NCBI GenBank assembly: GCA_965153455.1
Contig: OZ234494.1
Coordinates: 124,001-188,000 of the forward strand
Direction: 5' to 3'
DNA from: Sphagnum compactum
Lineage: Eukaryota
DNA: 64,000 nucleotides
The stretch's first letter is position 1; every line of letters starts with the position of its first letter. Below the pieces are notes generated by a model that was not told where the DNA came from, made no database searches, and saw only the letters and a program-made list of their open reading frames with translations. The translations under genes and the position numbers were made by a program. This document shows positions 36,312-49,315 of this stretch, in pieces.

Positions 36312-39300
36312 TCAAACATTAAAGAAATCCAAGAAATACAAGGGTGGCAAGAAGCACCACACGATGGTGATGCAATCAACCCCAAAGATGCCTAAGTGGC
36401 ACCATTCCGCCTTAAAGGCTTGCTCAATCCTATCTTGAATACTAGGGTCCCGGGAGGATCGAAGGGAATTAATGGCCTTCCAAGTGGCCATTCCAACCTC
36501 AACGGTAGCAACCCAGGCTTGTTGAAGGATTTTCCTAGAGGAATATTGGTTATCAAAATGCTTCCGGCATCTCTCTGTCCAAAGAAAGTAGAGGATAAAA
36601 CTGCGAAGGATGTCAAGCGGTTGTCTGATGTAGGAGAAGCCTCCTACATGGTACCCTTGGACTCCAGGGGGGTCATCTTCTCTCTTGAAGACAGCTTCAC
36701 CAAGCATGACGAAAGGCCAGGAAAGAATGATGTCATTGGGCGCTCCCCATTTTTGCCATATGTGATAGAAGGCCTCCCAAGCCCGTTTGGCGCGGGGACA
36801 CTCAAGGAGACAGTGTTGAGGGGATTCAGGGGCCTCCTCAGTGCAAACCTTGCACGTGGGGAGGATCCCCATGCATTGTAACCATGTGCCAACCGGGAGA
36901 CCCCGGTTTAAAGTGAGCCATATGAGAGTGCCAACCTTCCGGGGTCGGGCGTTATGCCAGATTCTGGCAATAACTTGCGTAACGGTGGAGTTTTGCAAGT
37001 TTAACCTTTGAATGAAGGAGCAGATGTTGGCGCTATGGGTGGGTTTCCTTGCATTTCGGTAGCCCCACTTTACGGAATAGTCGAAAAAAGGAGAGTCGCC
37101 CATTTGTGAGGAGGCTTGCGAGTGCCACTCTCCTGGGTCCCAGGGAAGCCCATCAATGAAACCGGATTCGAAAATCCAAAATATGGGAAGCTTGGTGAGT
37201 GATGGGAACTCTCAGGCAACTTTATATGGGGCTCCGTGTCTTTCTTGAAAGAGGACCCTGATTGGGTGATAACCTTCAGGGGAAAGGGTTATCACTTGGG
37301 AGTTCGTAGCTCTAATGAGACCAGTGGGGGTAACCCTCTGGAATTCATTGGCTTGCACCGTGTTGGGGGTGACCGCGGTTACATGGTATATCCATTCTAG
37401 AGTGGTGTTGTTTCCGGAGTTTCTTTTGCTGATCCAGTCCCCTGCCTGAAAGCGGTTAGTGTAAGTTGCAGGATTCCATGGGATGCTCGCTATGATGATT
37501 TCTCTGTTGTTCCTGTTGGTGGCGTGGTAGGTCAACCGAAGGGCTTGGAGGCTTTTCCATGCCCTGCCCTCCTGGTCCCCAAGATCTTTGATTCGGGTGC
37601 AGCCAGAATTCGCAATGGCTCGTCCTTCATTGCGACCACTCACTCCCAGAGGGTGACCAGTCATGTTGAGGATGAGAGGGTTGCTGAAAATAGGTTGTCT
37701 GAGAACCTCCGCATGGGATGTGGGTTCAGACTTTGCTAGACCAACTCTTACGTTGAGCCAAGAGCCAAGGATGTTCTTCCAAAATGAGCATTTCAATTTT
37801 TTGAGCTTGGGGGCGGCAAAAAGTCAATTTATATCCGAGATGCTTGGCCCTTTGCCGTGCACCGAGAGATGGACTTGATCTGTTCGATGCCTTAGGATCT
37901 CTTTCCAGGGTTCTCCTCCTGGGGCAAGACCTCTCACTAAAAGTTTGGCAAGAAGTGCTTCAGATTGTGCCTTGGGGTCTATTATCCCTAGACAAGGGAA
38001 GTGTAAGAGAATCCCATTTGACCTTGGCCCGTGTATTAGAAGCCTTTCCCCCCCAAATGAAGTTTCGTACCACTCCTCTGATCTGGTTGCACATACTCGG
38101 ATTGGGGTTCCAACAGGCTGCCATATACCACATTGAGGAAAGCAATACTTGGTTGGCAACAAGAATTCTACCAGCGAGAGAGAGGTTGCACTTGCCCCAG
38201 GTGATCATCTTCCCTTTTAGGGTGAGCATGAGTTTTTCAAAATTGGCCTCGATAGGTAACCGAAAGCCTATTTGGATGCCTAAGTATCGAACCCCTTGTC
38301 CTTCAGGGATCCATCTCAGCCCAACTTCTTGTCCCCATTCCCATTCCTTTTTTTCCTTGCTGGCCCATATGGCCGCAGATTTTCCCCAATTGATTTTTGC
38401 CCCAGAAGCAAGACAGAAAAGTTCAAGTACTGCCCGAGCTTTGTTTAAGTTACTTGGGGATCCCTTAAGGTAAACTGCGGTGTCATCCGCGAAAGTTTGA
38501 TCCCGGACGCATCCCCCTTTGGGGAGGTGCATTCCCTCTATTTCGTGCTTTGGGTCGTCCAGCATATGGCCCAGAACATCCATAGCAAGAATGAACAGGT
38601 ATGGAACTAGTGGACAGCCTTGTCGGACTGACCTGGCGAGTCTGAAGTCCTCTCCAGGTTCCCCATTTACTTTAACTGATGAGGACGCGAGCCAATAGAG
38701 GGATGAGATCCATTGAATCCAGGTGGGGCAGAAACCTAGTTTGGACAAAGTTGGGAAGAGGAAGTCCCATTCAATCCTGTCATATGCTTTTTCAAAATCG
38801 AGGAGTAGGAGGACAAGGTCTTGACCGCTTTCTGGTGCCCAGACCAGAGCCTCTTGAGCCAGGAAGTTATTGTCTAGAATGTTTCTTCCTTCTACAAAAC
38901 CGGTTTGGTTTGGTCTGATCACGAGAGGAAGGAATTCTTGGATTCTTCTAGCTAAAGTTTTGGCAAGGATCTTGTATATGCTTCCCAAAAGTGTGATTGG
39001 GCGCCAATTCCCCAGTTTTGAGTGCTCCCCTGACTTGGGAATTAGGGTGATCATGCCCTTGTTAATGTATTCTGAGGTCAATCCCCGTGCTAACATGGCC
39101 TTGAAAGCTAGTAGTAGCGTGGGGGCTACCTCATTCACATATTCTTGAAAGAATTCTGTTGGGATTCCATCGTGCCTTGGGGCCTTGCCTTTGGGGAGCA
39201 AGGTGATGGCTTCCGTGATTTCTGCTAGGGATAAGGATCGGGTCATGTTGGCGTTCATGGCCTCCGTGACCCGAGTGGGGACGCTCTCCCAACATCTCTC

Positions 39301-40656
39301 TTGTGCCTTAGAGGTGCCCGGGGCATGTGTCTCTGATTCATATAGGTTGGCATAAAATCTTGTGATGTAATGAGAGAGGTCTTTCTGGTCGGAAATTGTC
39401 CCTCCATCAACCTCTAACTCCTTCAGGAGTGTCTTTTTCTTTCCGATACGATGGAAATCAAAGAAAGTTTTGGAGCAAGTGTCCCCATACCTAAACCATT
39501 TGGTCGCTGAGAGGTGACTATTACGCTCAACTGAGGCTTGGAAAACCTCTGCTAGCTTTGCTTGCGATTCGGACAGGATCTCCCGCACTTGTGCGTTAGT
39601 TGGGTCCCGCTAGAGCTGTTCCTCAGCCAGCTGGATTTTCTTTGCGTGCACTCTGACTTGCACCCCTCTCAGGCGGCGCCTTTCCTTCGCTAATCTTGTG
39701 TTACATGCCAATACTCTTCTGGTGGCGGCCTCCAACCAGGGAGCCCACTCTGAGTCGTTTAAGGGCTTGGGCAGCTCCCCTTCCCAAGCTTGTAACATTT
39801 CAGCTTTCCCTTTTTCATCTTTGAGTAGGAAAGAGTCAAAATAATGGGATAGTTTGTTAGGTATGTCAGACTGACCCCATATGGATAGGACTAAGGGAGA
39901 ATGGTCAGAGAATTTTCGGATCGAAACGGTCGCCTCAATTCTCTCGCCTTTCGAATCCAGGTCTTGGGAAACGAGGAACTTGTCTATGCGTGAGATTGCC
40001 GAGTGTGCGCCGGATCTTCCGTTGTCGAAAGTGAATTCCTTTGCGAACATTTTTCGAAAGCTGTCAAGCAACCATGCGTCCATTAAGCCGTATTGGAGTG
40101 TCAAGTGATGCCACGTAGTCGCCTCCCTTCTCTGCATCCGACGCTTACCAGCCACTCCTCCGCGCTCAGTTTCTTCCCAGTGGTTGAAATCTCCACCTAG
40201 GATGAAGTGATCGACAACTAGATTCGCTTCATTCAGCCGTTTCCACATCGACGCTCTCTCGTTTGAAAAGCAGGCGGCATAAACATTGATGATTGTCAAG
40301 GTACCAGTACCCAAGATCTGAAGAGTAATGTATTGTGCCCTGCCTTCTAAAAGAATGTCGTTGGCACTGATGAGGGGGGCAAGGGATCTGTCTACGAGAA
40401 TGGAAGTGCCCGCGCTCATTCGTTGTGAGTGCCCCATTGGTAGGCCATAGTTCCAAAAAGAAGCGCCATTCCAGAATTGGATCCTTTTTGTGGAATTAGA
40501 ACAATCTATTTCCCCCAGGTGGTGTTCCTGTAAAAGCAGTATTTGAGGGGTGGGGACCAGGGATGAGATCAAGGAGCGGATTTCTTTTTGCTTGGAGGAG
40601 TTCTTCCCTAAGCCCCTCACGTTTAAAGAGACTACCGTAAGGGGCCTCTTATTCAT
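36312..40656 (-). pseudogene. LINE ORF2: APE endonuclease, RT and zf-RVT, disrupted
   Basis: SLNVRGL, LQEHH, GGDFN, SRIDKF, SDHSP (EN); WRPITLL, LDFEKAYD, QGCPL, FADD (RT); CKVC..ESPQHCLLEC (zf-RVT). TAG at 39610 and frameshifts near 37990 and 37200. Confidence 0.93.
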
Positions 40657-42041
40657 GAGGTGGTTGGTCTAGGGCGGCTTGAGTGCCGATCGATCCCTGT
40701 GGTAGGAGGCACTTCTGGGAGCTGTCTTCATTCCGTTCCCATTCGAGCTCTTGCGAGTTGGTGATAGTGGTGGTGTTATGTATGGCCACATTGGAAGTCT
40801 GAGAACGCCCCAAATCTAGTGGCGTGAATTGCTTCTTCCGAGGCGCTTGGGGCGAGGTCTGCCGGCTGGCGGCCTTGTTTTTGTGAACTTGGCATTCTTC
40901 CCCTCCCACTCCTTTCTTTAGAAGAAGGTTCTGGGCTGGGGTGACGAATTCTATTTCGTTGTTCATGCTTGAGATTGATTTGACAGCTTTCCAGTGTAAG
41001 TGCTTTTTGTTCTGTATGCTGACGGGATTGGAGCCGATGGGGATGTGGGCAAGGATGGTACATTCAGATCCGCCCCTGTTTAGCTCCTCTTGCCAGCTCC
41101 ATTCGAGGCTGAGTTGGTCCTTCAGCAGGAGTTTATGCCGCAGAACGTTCTCCTCTAGCTCGATTGCTATGTGTTGGATCAGTTCGTCCATGGCTGATTT
41201 GGAGGACCAATCCTCTCTCCCGTCCCCTGTGATTCTGATGCCAATTGGAAGGTTGGGGAGGGCTTGGTTTCTAGAATGTATTAATACCTCCTTTTGGGGG
41301 CTTTTTTCTCTTGTGAGTACTGGCCATACCCTGGCTCTACAGAGATCCACATTGGTTGGGAGAGGGATTCCTAAGGAGGTAAAGAAAGATTGATGGAGTT
41401 TTGAATACGTCTGACCTCTTTTCCCCCTTGGGGCTATGCTTTCTCGTGTGGAAGGGTGAGGAGATTGGATGCTATCTGGGCGTATTGTGTCGACCCTTTC
41501 CTTATTCTTTTTTTTCGCCTGGAATGTCCATCCTCCCTCTATTTCTTTCGGGATTTTCCTAAGAAAATCGGAGCGCTCGTTTTCCCCGTTTAACACTTCA
41601 AAAGGGTTTTGATCAGCCCATTTTCCTCGCGCTGAGTCATTCTTCTCACCCGAGAGATTGAAACTTAATTTGGCTTTGGAGGTGTTACTCCCATCCGTGC
41701 TCTTCACCAGAGTTGTGACTTTTGAAGGGATCACGTTGAGGTTACACTCTACTTGATGAGTTAGGGAGGCTGACAACTCCCCCATTCCCTGATCTTTTCC
41801 AATTTTGGTGGGAGCATTTTGTCTTGTTTGAGTTCCTTCCGTTTGAGAAGTTGATCCAATTTCCCTAGATGAATACTTGCTCCAACTCCCCTGACTCCTC
41901 CCGTTTCTGTGAGAGTGGGTGGTGAATTGGGTGGCGGATGTATCAGTAGGGCCTCGTGCTACCCTTTCACTCCACGTTGGGGTAGTGCTTGCGGGAGCAT
42001 TCCCGTTCCAAATTGGGATTTTGGTCATTGTGCAAGTTCGG
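40649..42041 (-). pseudogene. LINE ORF1 C-terminal part
   Basis: Homologous to 6838-8321 (NPF.., GW.FQ, SFFTSLGIP, RARVWPVL, LEWSWQEE). The stop overlaps the ORF2 ATG (ATGAATAA). Confidence 0.85.
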
Positions 42042-42861
42042 TGACGCGCTCCTTGGTCCCGGGGTGAACCCACTTGAGGGTTCACCAATGTGAAGTTGCG
42101 GAAAGTGGGGACCCAAGGGCACGCTCCCGACTTCCAACTCTAGAAAGGGGTAGAGGGTCGAGTTGGAAGCCCCGGGATTAGACTAGGAAGATGGACTAGT
42201 AGATCAAGCACAAATCTGCATCCAAAACCAACCACAAATGGGTTAGTTCACATTCGGGAACACCCTTGGGTGTTGGGACAAGCCACGGGCACTTCGGACT
42301 ACTTGACTCACCACGGCCCGGACTTGGGGGAAGCCACCACCTTCCCCCTTATAGTTATCTCTGCGGCTCACCACGGAGGCTACATCCAAATGGCACATTT
42401 TGTTGGGACTCCCGAAATGGAGTCCCGAAATTGTCCCGGCGGGACTCCCGGGACTTTGAACGGTCATAACTCCCGATTCCGAAGTCCAATCGCAACGAGG
42501 TCTGAACCAAAGTTGTAGCCCTCGTCGAGATCTTTCCAACGCCATGTCGCACTCCCTGAGGCGACGTCGGCAAAGGGTCGATTCCCGACTTTTAGTGGTC
42601 GGGAGTCAAACTGCCAGTTTGACTCCCGGCCCTTCTTTTGCCCATAACTTGAGCTGCAGATGTCCAAATGGTCAATGCGAGGCCATTTTCGATATCTACG
42701 TTTCAAGACCTTTCCAATGACACCAAGAACACTCCAATGCGAGGTGTTTTGCCCCTTGCTGTCGAGCTCTGAACATTCGGGAGTCCCGGAGGACTCCAAA
42801 TCTCCAACTTTTCCAAGTGTTGGGCTTCACCCCCACACTTGGACAAGGTGGGGTTGCGACA
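42042..42861 (-). mobile_element. Solo LTR of the same family as 8322-15281, inserted in the LINE
   Basis: 820-bp inverted copy of the LTR with a perfect 5-bp TSD TTCGG (42037-42041 and 42862-42866). Confidence 0.96.
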
Positions 42862-43864
42862 TTCGGGCAATTATGTTGAGAGAGAGAGAGAGAGAGAGAG
42901 CTAGCCCACACACACACACTCAGAAAGCACACAAAATGTGGCAGATCCAACAACTTGGAAAGTCCCTTATGAACTCCATTTTCTCCTCCTGCAAAAAATT
43001 TGGATGGATGGATGGATGGATGCACAAACTTGACCAAAACAAATCCACCAAAACATTAGGTAGCTACCAAAACAGAAGAAAATACTTTTTTTATAATTTT
43101 TGTTGAATTATATATATATAAGTATTTTATTTATTATTATTATTTTTTTAAAAATTTGGGATGAAAATTAGTGTTGAAGTTTTTGGCCTTTTGTCTCAAT
43201 AATTTTGTGTAGGAGGAAAAGCTTGATGAGAAGGGAACACCTACCCACTTTTTTTTTTCTTTTTTTTTTAGGTACACATATATACTACTAAGTGAGACTT
43301 GGATGGCTTGTTTGTGCATAGGGTAATCAAAATTTTCCTTTCTCTTGCAGGCAAAAATAATAAATAAAATAAATAAAAATAAAATACCAGGTTTACAAAA
43401 CAAGCTCAATAATAATAAGCATGAGATGATTCAAATTCATTCATAAAAATTGATGTTAATTTATTGAAATAAAGTTTAGAATTTTGTGTCTATCTATCCA
43501 TTTGCATTGTTACTTAACATTTTGAACAGACAATCTATTGATACACAATTGATTTAATTCTGAAGTCATGATCTTCCTCTGTTGTACAAAATGAATGGAA
43601 ATTGTAATCAGCAAAGGTTCTGCAAAACATGCAAGTCGCCAATGTAATAAGTTGTGAAGGCTTTTAGTAAATGCTTAGACGAAGCTTGCAAGTTGCCAAT
43701 TGCCATAGTTGACTAGGAAAAAAATAATTTAAGAAATTGTGAGTCCTCTCCAAACTGTCATAATAATAACTATCTTCCTGCCACAGCTGCCCTCTTTCCA
43801 ACCTCCATTCTGAATGTACATGTATGTCACTTTTATTCTGACACCTTATGTATTACAGTTTACT

Positions 43865-44113
43865 CCCTCTGGGCTGGGTGGTGGCTGAGTTGATGAGTTG
43901 AGTGTAGAAAGTAATAATGTCCTTGACTATTTTGTCCCCAATAGTAATTGTGGGTTGAATTTGTGCGCCTATGTCAACAATAACTTAATGGGTGGTTCTG
44001 AAACTGTTCCAGACAACAAACTGTACCACACTAGCAAAAACAAATCTTTTCTTCCACCCACCCACCCACCTCCCTTGACTAGCTACAAAATCATTGTGGC
44101 ACACACACACACA

Positions 44114-44149
<36 letters not shown>

Positions 44150-47100
44150 TTTTAACTGGTAGTGGTCTGGCTCTTAAATCCTTCTTCAATTATGTTGAGA
44201 GAGAGAGAGAGAGAGAGAGCTAGCCCACACACACACACACACACACACTCAGAAAGCACACAAAATGTGGCAGATCCAGCAACTTGGAAAGTCCCTTATG
44301 AACTCCATTTTCTCCTCCTGCAAAAAATTTGGATGGATGGATGGATGGATGCACAGACTTGACCAAAACAAATCCACCAAAACATTAGGTAGCTACCAAA
44401 ACAGAAGAAAATACTTTTTTTATAATTTTTGTTGAATTATATATATATAAGTATTTTATTTTTTATTATTATTTTTAAAAAAAATTGGGATGAAAATTAG
44501 TGTTGAAGTTTTTGGCCTTTTGTCTCAATAATTTTGTGTAGGAGGAAAAGCTTGATGAGAAGGGAACACCTACCCACTTTTTCTTTTCTTTTTTTTTTAG
44601 GTACATATATTATATATATTAAAGGAAGAAAGTTCCTTCCCCTGACTCCGGACGGACAGTAGCACACTACATAGACCCCTAGAGACACGACACCCGTAGG
44701 ATGGGCCCCACCCGTGAGAGATAGGCGGATTCGTTCAGGTGTCACGTTAACGGGTGACGTGGCACGTGTAGCAAGGAGACGCAGCCGCGTCGGACTATAT
44801 GATCAATGGATTTCCATTTGGGGCATTCTGTTTCCTTTCCTTTTCTTTTCATTAGTCTTTACAATGCAACTAATCCTACCCTAACTGTCAGTTTAGGGTA
44901 CAGGAGTTAACTGACCAGATTCATGAGTTCGGAAACATTAAGTCATGATGTAAGGGCTCATCTTTGATGGAAGGCCAGAGATGCCAAAGTCACTCAGGAA
45001 TTTTGGCTTGCATTAGAGATAGGTCTAACTCCTCAATTATCACAGAGCTCATGGATGATCAAGGGGAATGCATTACTGATAGAAACAACTTGAGGATGTA
45101 TGCATACCCTACTAGGGTAGACAGGCAGATGACTGCGCACTTAGTGTATTATTAGACCATGGCACCATAGTTATCACTTGGTTGGTGGTAGAGTCTAAAG
45201 GTAATTTGTAACCCATCTATGGGCACTCCACTGAACTTTTGAATCACTCAATTCTGTTTAGATTTGTGAAAGTTATGACCCTCCAAAATAAGGGAGTCTT
45301 CCTGTTAAGAAAAGCTTTACCACACAACTACCACACCTACTTCCCAAAAAATATTCACCCTACAAAAAACCAGTAAAAAAAAATTGCTCATGCATGTACA
45401 AAATCACCAAACAGAATTACATTGAATACCAAGTTTTTTGCCATGGGAATCTCATTCAATTCTCATAAACGGTTGAAAATGTTGTTTAGTCATTGGGGTA
45501 TAGATCAACGATGATGGGGTTTAGTTTGTTTAGGGTAACTCAATTCAACCTTGAACTAGAAGTAATAATAATAATAATAATTAGGCACATTGTTGCATAT
45601 TTAAAACTATATATGAAAACTAGCACTCTAATCCTCATCCAATGACAGTGTGTGGCCCTAAACCCTAAACCAGTTCGGCCAAAAAAAAAAGGCTGATGTA
45701 AAGCCCTTGGCTACAGCCTTTACTGAAATTGGGCCTGTGCTCAGCTTCCCCTTACAGACCCCGCTATTCCAGTAAAGCCGGTGGCTATGGGCTTTACCCT
45801 ACACTTATGTTTTTGGGGGTTCAAAAATTAAATGGAAGTGGGGAAAAACAAAACAGGGGCAAAATCTTTACTAAGATGAAAGCACGGATATAATAACTGT
45901 GGTTAGGTTCTGCATTGACCTGACCATAGTTAGCGATGGCTGAATAAGCTCTCAGAGCGTTGCAATGGAGCGTTTCTTGCGCAATTGTAGACTGCATTTG
46001 CTCTCCCGCTTTTGTTGCTTGCTTTTGTGGGCTGCGTATTTGGGCATGCAAGTGTGCGGTAGAGAAATTGATCGTATATGCGGATGAGGAGGAGACGGGG
46101 GACTTCTTTGTTTCTTTGTTTCTTTCTTCTTCTTCTTCGCATTAACTACCCTGAAACCAAACCTTGAACCTATCGAAACCCTGAACCGACCAAAACAAAG
46201 GCGCAAGCCGAGGTGCAAGAACGTAACAATGGACACAGCGCACTCTTTGGTAGCCAAGCACACGAGACAGCGGAATAGGAGGCGACCGTAACGGGCTATT
46301 GGGTTCCTACAGAAGATGAAGGAGAAGCAACCAGGAGGAGGTGTAGACCAAGGGACGCCATCGCTGCCGCTGCAAACAAAGCTTCCGAGAGGCAACAGGG
46401 GTGTAAGCGCATTGACGTAGGCGACAAGGTAGCCAAAACGGTGCGATGCGTGGGAGGGAATAGAATCGACCGGTCTGGAACCGGGCGAACGGGCGGCTGT
46501 TTTGTTTGGCTGTTTTGTTTGGCTATGTGAAACTGTGCGGACGCCATTAGTTTGGAACTGTAGTTTGTAGTTGTAATTTTGTAATATGTACCGTCAAACA
46601 CACACACACCTGTGCATTAGGCACGGGGTTCACACGAGTGTAAAGGAAGGAAGTTCCTTCCCCTGATTCCGAACAGTACGGACATCTCATTTAACATCGA
46701 CTTAACTTGAAGTGTGAATGCACCATCATGGCAGCAAATGAAAATACCATCTTTTGCACTGGATGTATGTGTTGTACCCTGTACGGATGTGGTTCCCACA
46801 AGGCTTTCTTTTTAAGGATAACACAACAGATAAAATTAAATTAGTGAAAAAATAATTTAGCCAAATTTGGTTACATACTAGATATGAAAATAAAAAAAGG
46901 AAAAAAATCTTTCTATATTCTTGGCTACCCACTGGAACTTATCATCTAAATCTAACGATTTCGATTTTTTTTCTTTGAAATCTGACGAGTTTGGGCCTTT
47001 TTTTTCCGTGAAAATCCATTTGTTGTGTTGGTGGATCATGTCTTTCGGGTTGGAAAACCGCTCACTCCAAGTTCCTTCCACATTAGGTCAAAGTATGATG

Positions 47101-47795
47101 ACGCTGTTGTTCTAGCTAAGTTCTTCGTTCACAGCTTTCACTTAGAGAATAATCTATGAAATTACTTTCATTACAACTTGCTTTGATGAAAGAAGATAGC
47201 CAAAAAAAGAAAGGTCTGAGAAAAAGGAGTTAACTAATTGAAGGTTCTTAATATGAAGTGAGATAGGAGAAACAAATGGCCTTCTTTTCATTCCTTCAGC
47301 AGTTTTATGTTTAATAATCACTTACACCCAGTGTGACAGTGTGACGGTTCTTTCGTTCCTCTTGGGTTCTCAAGAATCGAAATCGAAAGGTTAAAGAACT
47401 GGAGTGAAAAATGCGAAGGATTGGGGCGAAGGGGATCGACGGATTAAAGACCCGGAGTGGGAAATGCGAAGGATCGAACGAGGGAGGCTCGACGAGTTAA
47501 AAAACCTGAGTGGAAAATGTGAAGGACGGGACGGAGGGGGTCGACGGGGTTGAACCAAACATTGTTGAAATAACACACCTGTGCATTATACTACTGAGTG
47601 AGACTTGGATGGCTTGTTTGTGCATAGGGTAATCAAAATTTTCCTTTCTCTTGCAGGCAAAAATAATAAATAAAATAAATAAAAATAAAACACCAGGTTT
47701 ACAAAACAAGCTCAATAATAATAAGCATGAGATGATTCAAATTCATTCATAAAAATTGATGTTAATTTATTGAAATAAAGTTTAGAATTTTGTGT
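43865..47795 (+). repeat. Second copy of a local segmental duplication (copy 1 = 35934-36275 plus 42868-43489)
   Basis: 43865-44610 plus 47588-47795 are nearly identical to copy 1 once the LINE (copy 1) and the Helitron-like block (copy 2) are removed. Confidence 0.9.
44610..47588 (+). mobile_element. Two tandem Helitron-like non-autonomous elements with captured DNA
   Basis: Absent from duplicate copy 1. The shared 5' motif TAAAGGAAG(A/G)AAGTTCCTTCCCCTGA occurs at ~44620 and 46641. 3' hairpin CCTGTGC-ATTAG-GCACGGG then CACACGAG|T (degenerate CTAG) at 46609-46639, with a half-hairpin again at ~47578-47588. AT-rich insertion site with no clear TSD. Confidence 0.6.
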
Positions 47796-48006
47796 TCCTT
47801 TTTCTCTTGTGTCTGTTCAAAAATCTTTTTTTTTTTTTTAATTTCTGTTTTTTGGAAAGATTTTTTGTGGGTTTTATTATTATTATTATTATTATTATGC
47901 TGATGAAAAATGACTCTGGCTGCTGGGCTTTGTTGCAAAGGAGTTTGAGTCAGTCAGTGGTCAAGCTCCTACACTACTACTTTACTTACTTCTCCCTTGT
48001 GTCATC

Positions 48007-48014
48007 TATATAAA
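48007..48014 (+). promoter_or_regulatory. Candidate TATA box of the CHAT gene
   Basis: TATATAAA ~1.3 kb upstream of the ATG. A likely 5' UTR intron ends at TTTCAG 49273. Confidence 0.3.
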
Positions 48015-49315
48015 GGAGTGATTTTCATTAGGCTTTCACTGTATTCTTCTAATCTTTTAAGTTCTTATGAAAGTTTCTCTGCTTTTGTGGTATTGAGTGC
48101 ATATAGAAGTTTTCATGCTTGTTACTTGTTGTAAGTTATAGTTTTTGTGGTTGTAGCGTTTGAAGGACCTAACCTTTGTAATATTTTAGTTAGATAATAC
48201 AATTGTTCCATTTCATCGACCTTGAGTTTCATTGCTTGCTTGTTGTATACAATAGTTTCGGGGTTCGGACGTGATAAGGGTACCTGCAGCAAGCAAGCAT
48301 CTGTGGACGGTGCAATCCCGCGTGAGCTTCTTCCAGCCTGTGGGTGCGTAGCGTTGGTACAAGTACGTAAGGGTATTGCTCGAAGATACTATCGTCAGAG
48401 CTCACGCACGCAACTGATTTTGAATTGGAGCATTACGCCTTACGCCTTCAGTTTTTCAAGGTCTTCATCTCTTGACTCTTCTCGAGCTTCTTTCAGAAAA
48501 CGGGTGCGTAATTTGGTATTGATGTCTGGGAATGGTGGAAGGACTTCTTGCATCGATTCGGACTCTGATTCTCTTGCTACGATTCCTCATCTTGTTATTG
48601 CCTTTCTACTGTCTTCCTACATAAAATTTGTGTACCCCTGAAGGATAGAGGGGCGTAGTTTGTCCTTTGCCTGGGATTCTTTGGTGTCATGAGTTAAAAC
48701 CAAGCATGATGCCAGTGAAAAGTGAAGAATAGAACTTGATGTAGGTTGTGAAACACCGGTGGTTTTGAAAATGATGCAGAAACATTGAAGAAGTCTTGGA
48801 GAAACGCATCAGAGCTAGGAGTTCATCCGATTGCATTGACAGCACCCGGAATCAACAAAAAGGAGATTACATCTGGGATCAAAGTAAGCGTCCATTGGGT
48901 ATGCTTAGTGTGCTGCCTGGTCATGCTCTGGTTGAAAATATGCACTTTGTTTAGGCCTTGGGCTGAGAAGAGTTTATGGGCATTTCCCCCACAGAACTCC
49001 ACGTCAGAACCTGTTGGGGGTGTGTGATACAGATTGTCTCCTTTTGGATGCATGTGTAAAATCGTTCTTAGATCTTGTCACAAGATGCGCAATGAGTTAT
49101 CTTGTGGATAAGGGCATTTGCAGTATAAGTAGCTCTCTCCAGCATTAGGAAGTTGCAGGGCTATTGCGCAAGTTTCAAAGTGCTTTGTCAAATTGGATTT
49201 GGTGTGGATCGGTGTTGGCTTGTTTTGTTCATACCCTCTGCCCAGTGTTTTGACACTGGAAATAAAGTTTCAGGTGACGTGCATCCAGATTTTGAACGGG
49301 TCAGTCTGCAAGAAA

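Larger units (their letters stand above)
36276..42867 (-). mobile_element. 5'-truncated L1 LINE with 14-bp TSD
   Basis: TSD CAATTATGTTGAGA at 36262-36275 and 42868-42881. The empty site is visible in the duplicate at ~44187. Contains partial ORF1 and ORF2. Confidence 0.93.

Noticed and set aside
41994-42088. ORFs at 9095 (+) and 42088 (-) share the N-terminus [16 protein letters not shown], suggesting a Gag/LINE-ORF1 fusion
   Set aside because: Both simply start at a TTG inside the LTR end and read through. This is an artefact of ORF calling.
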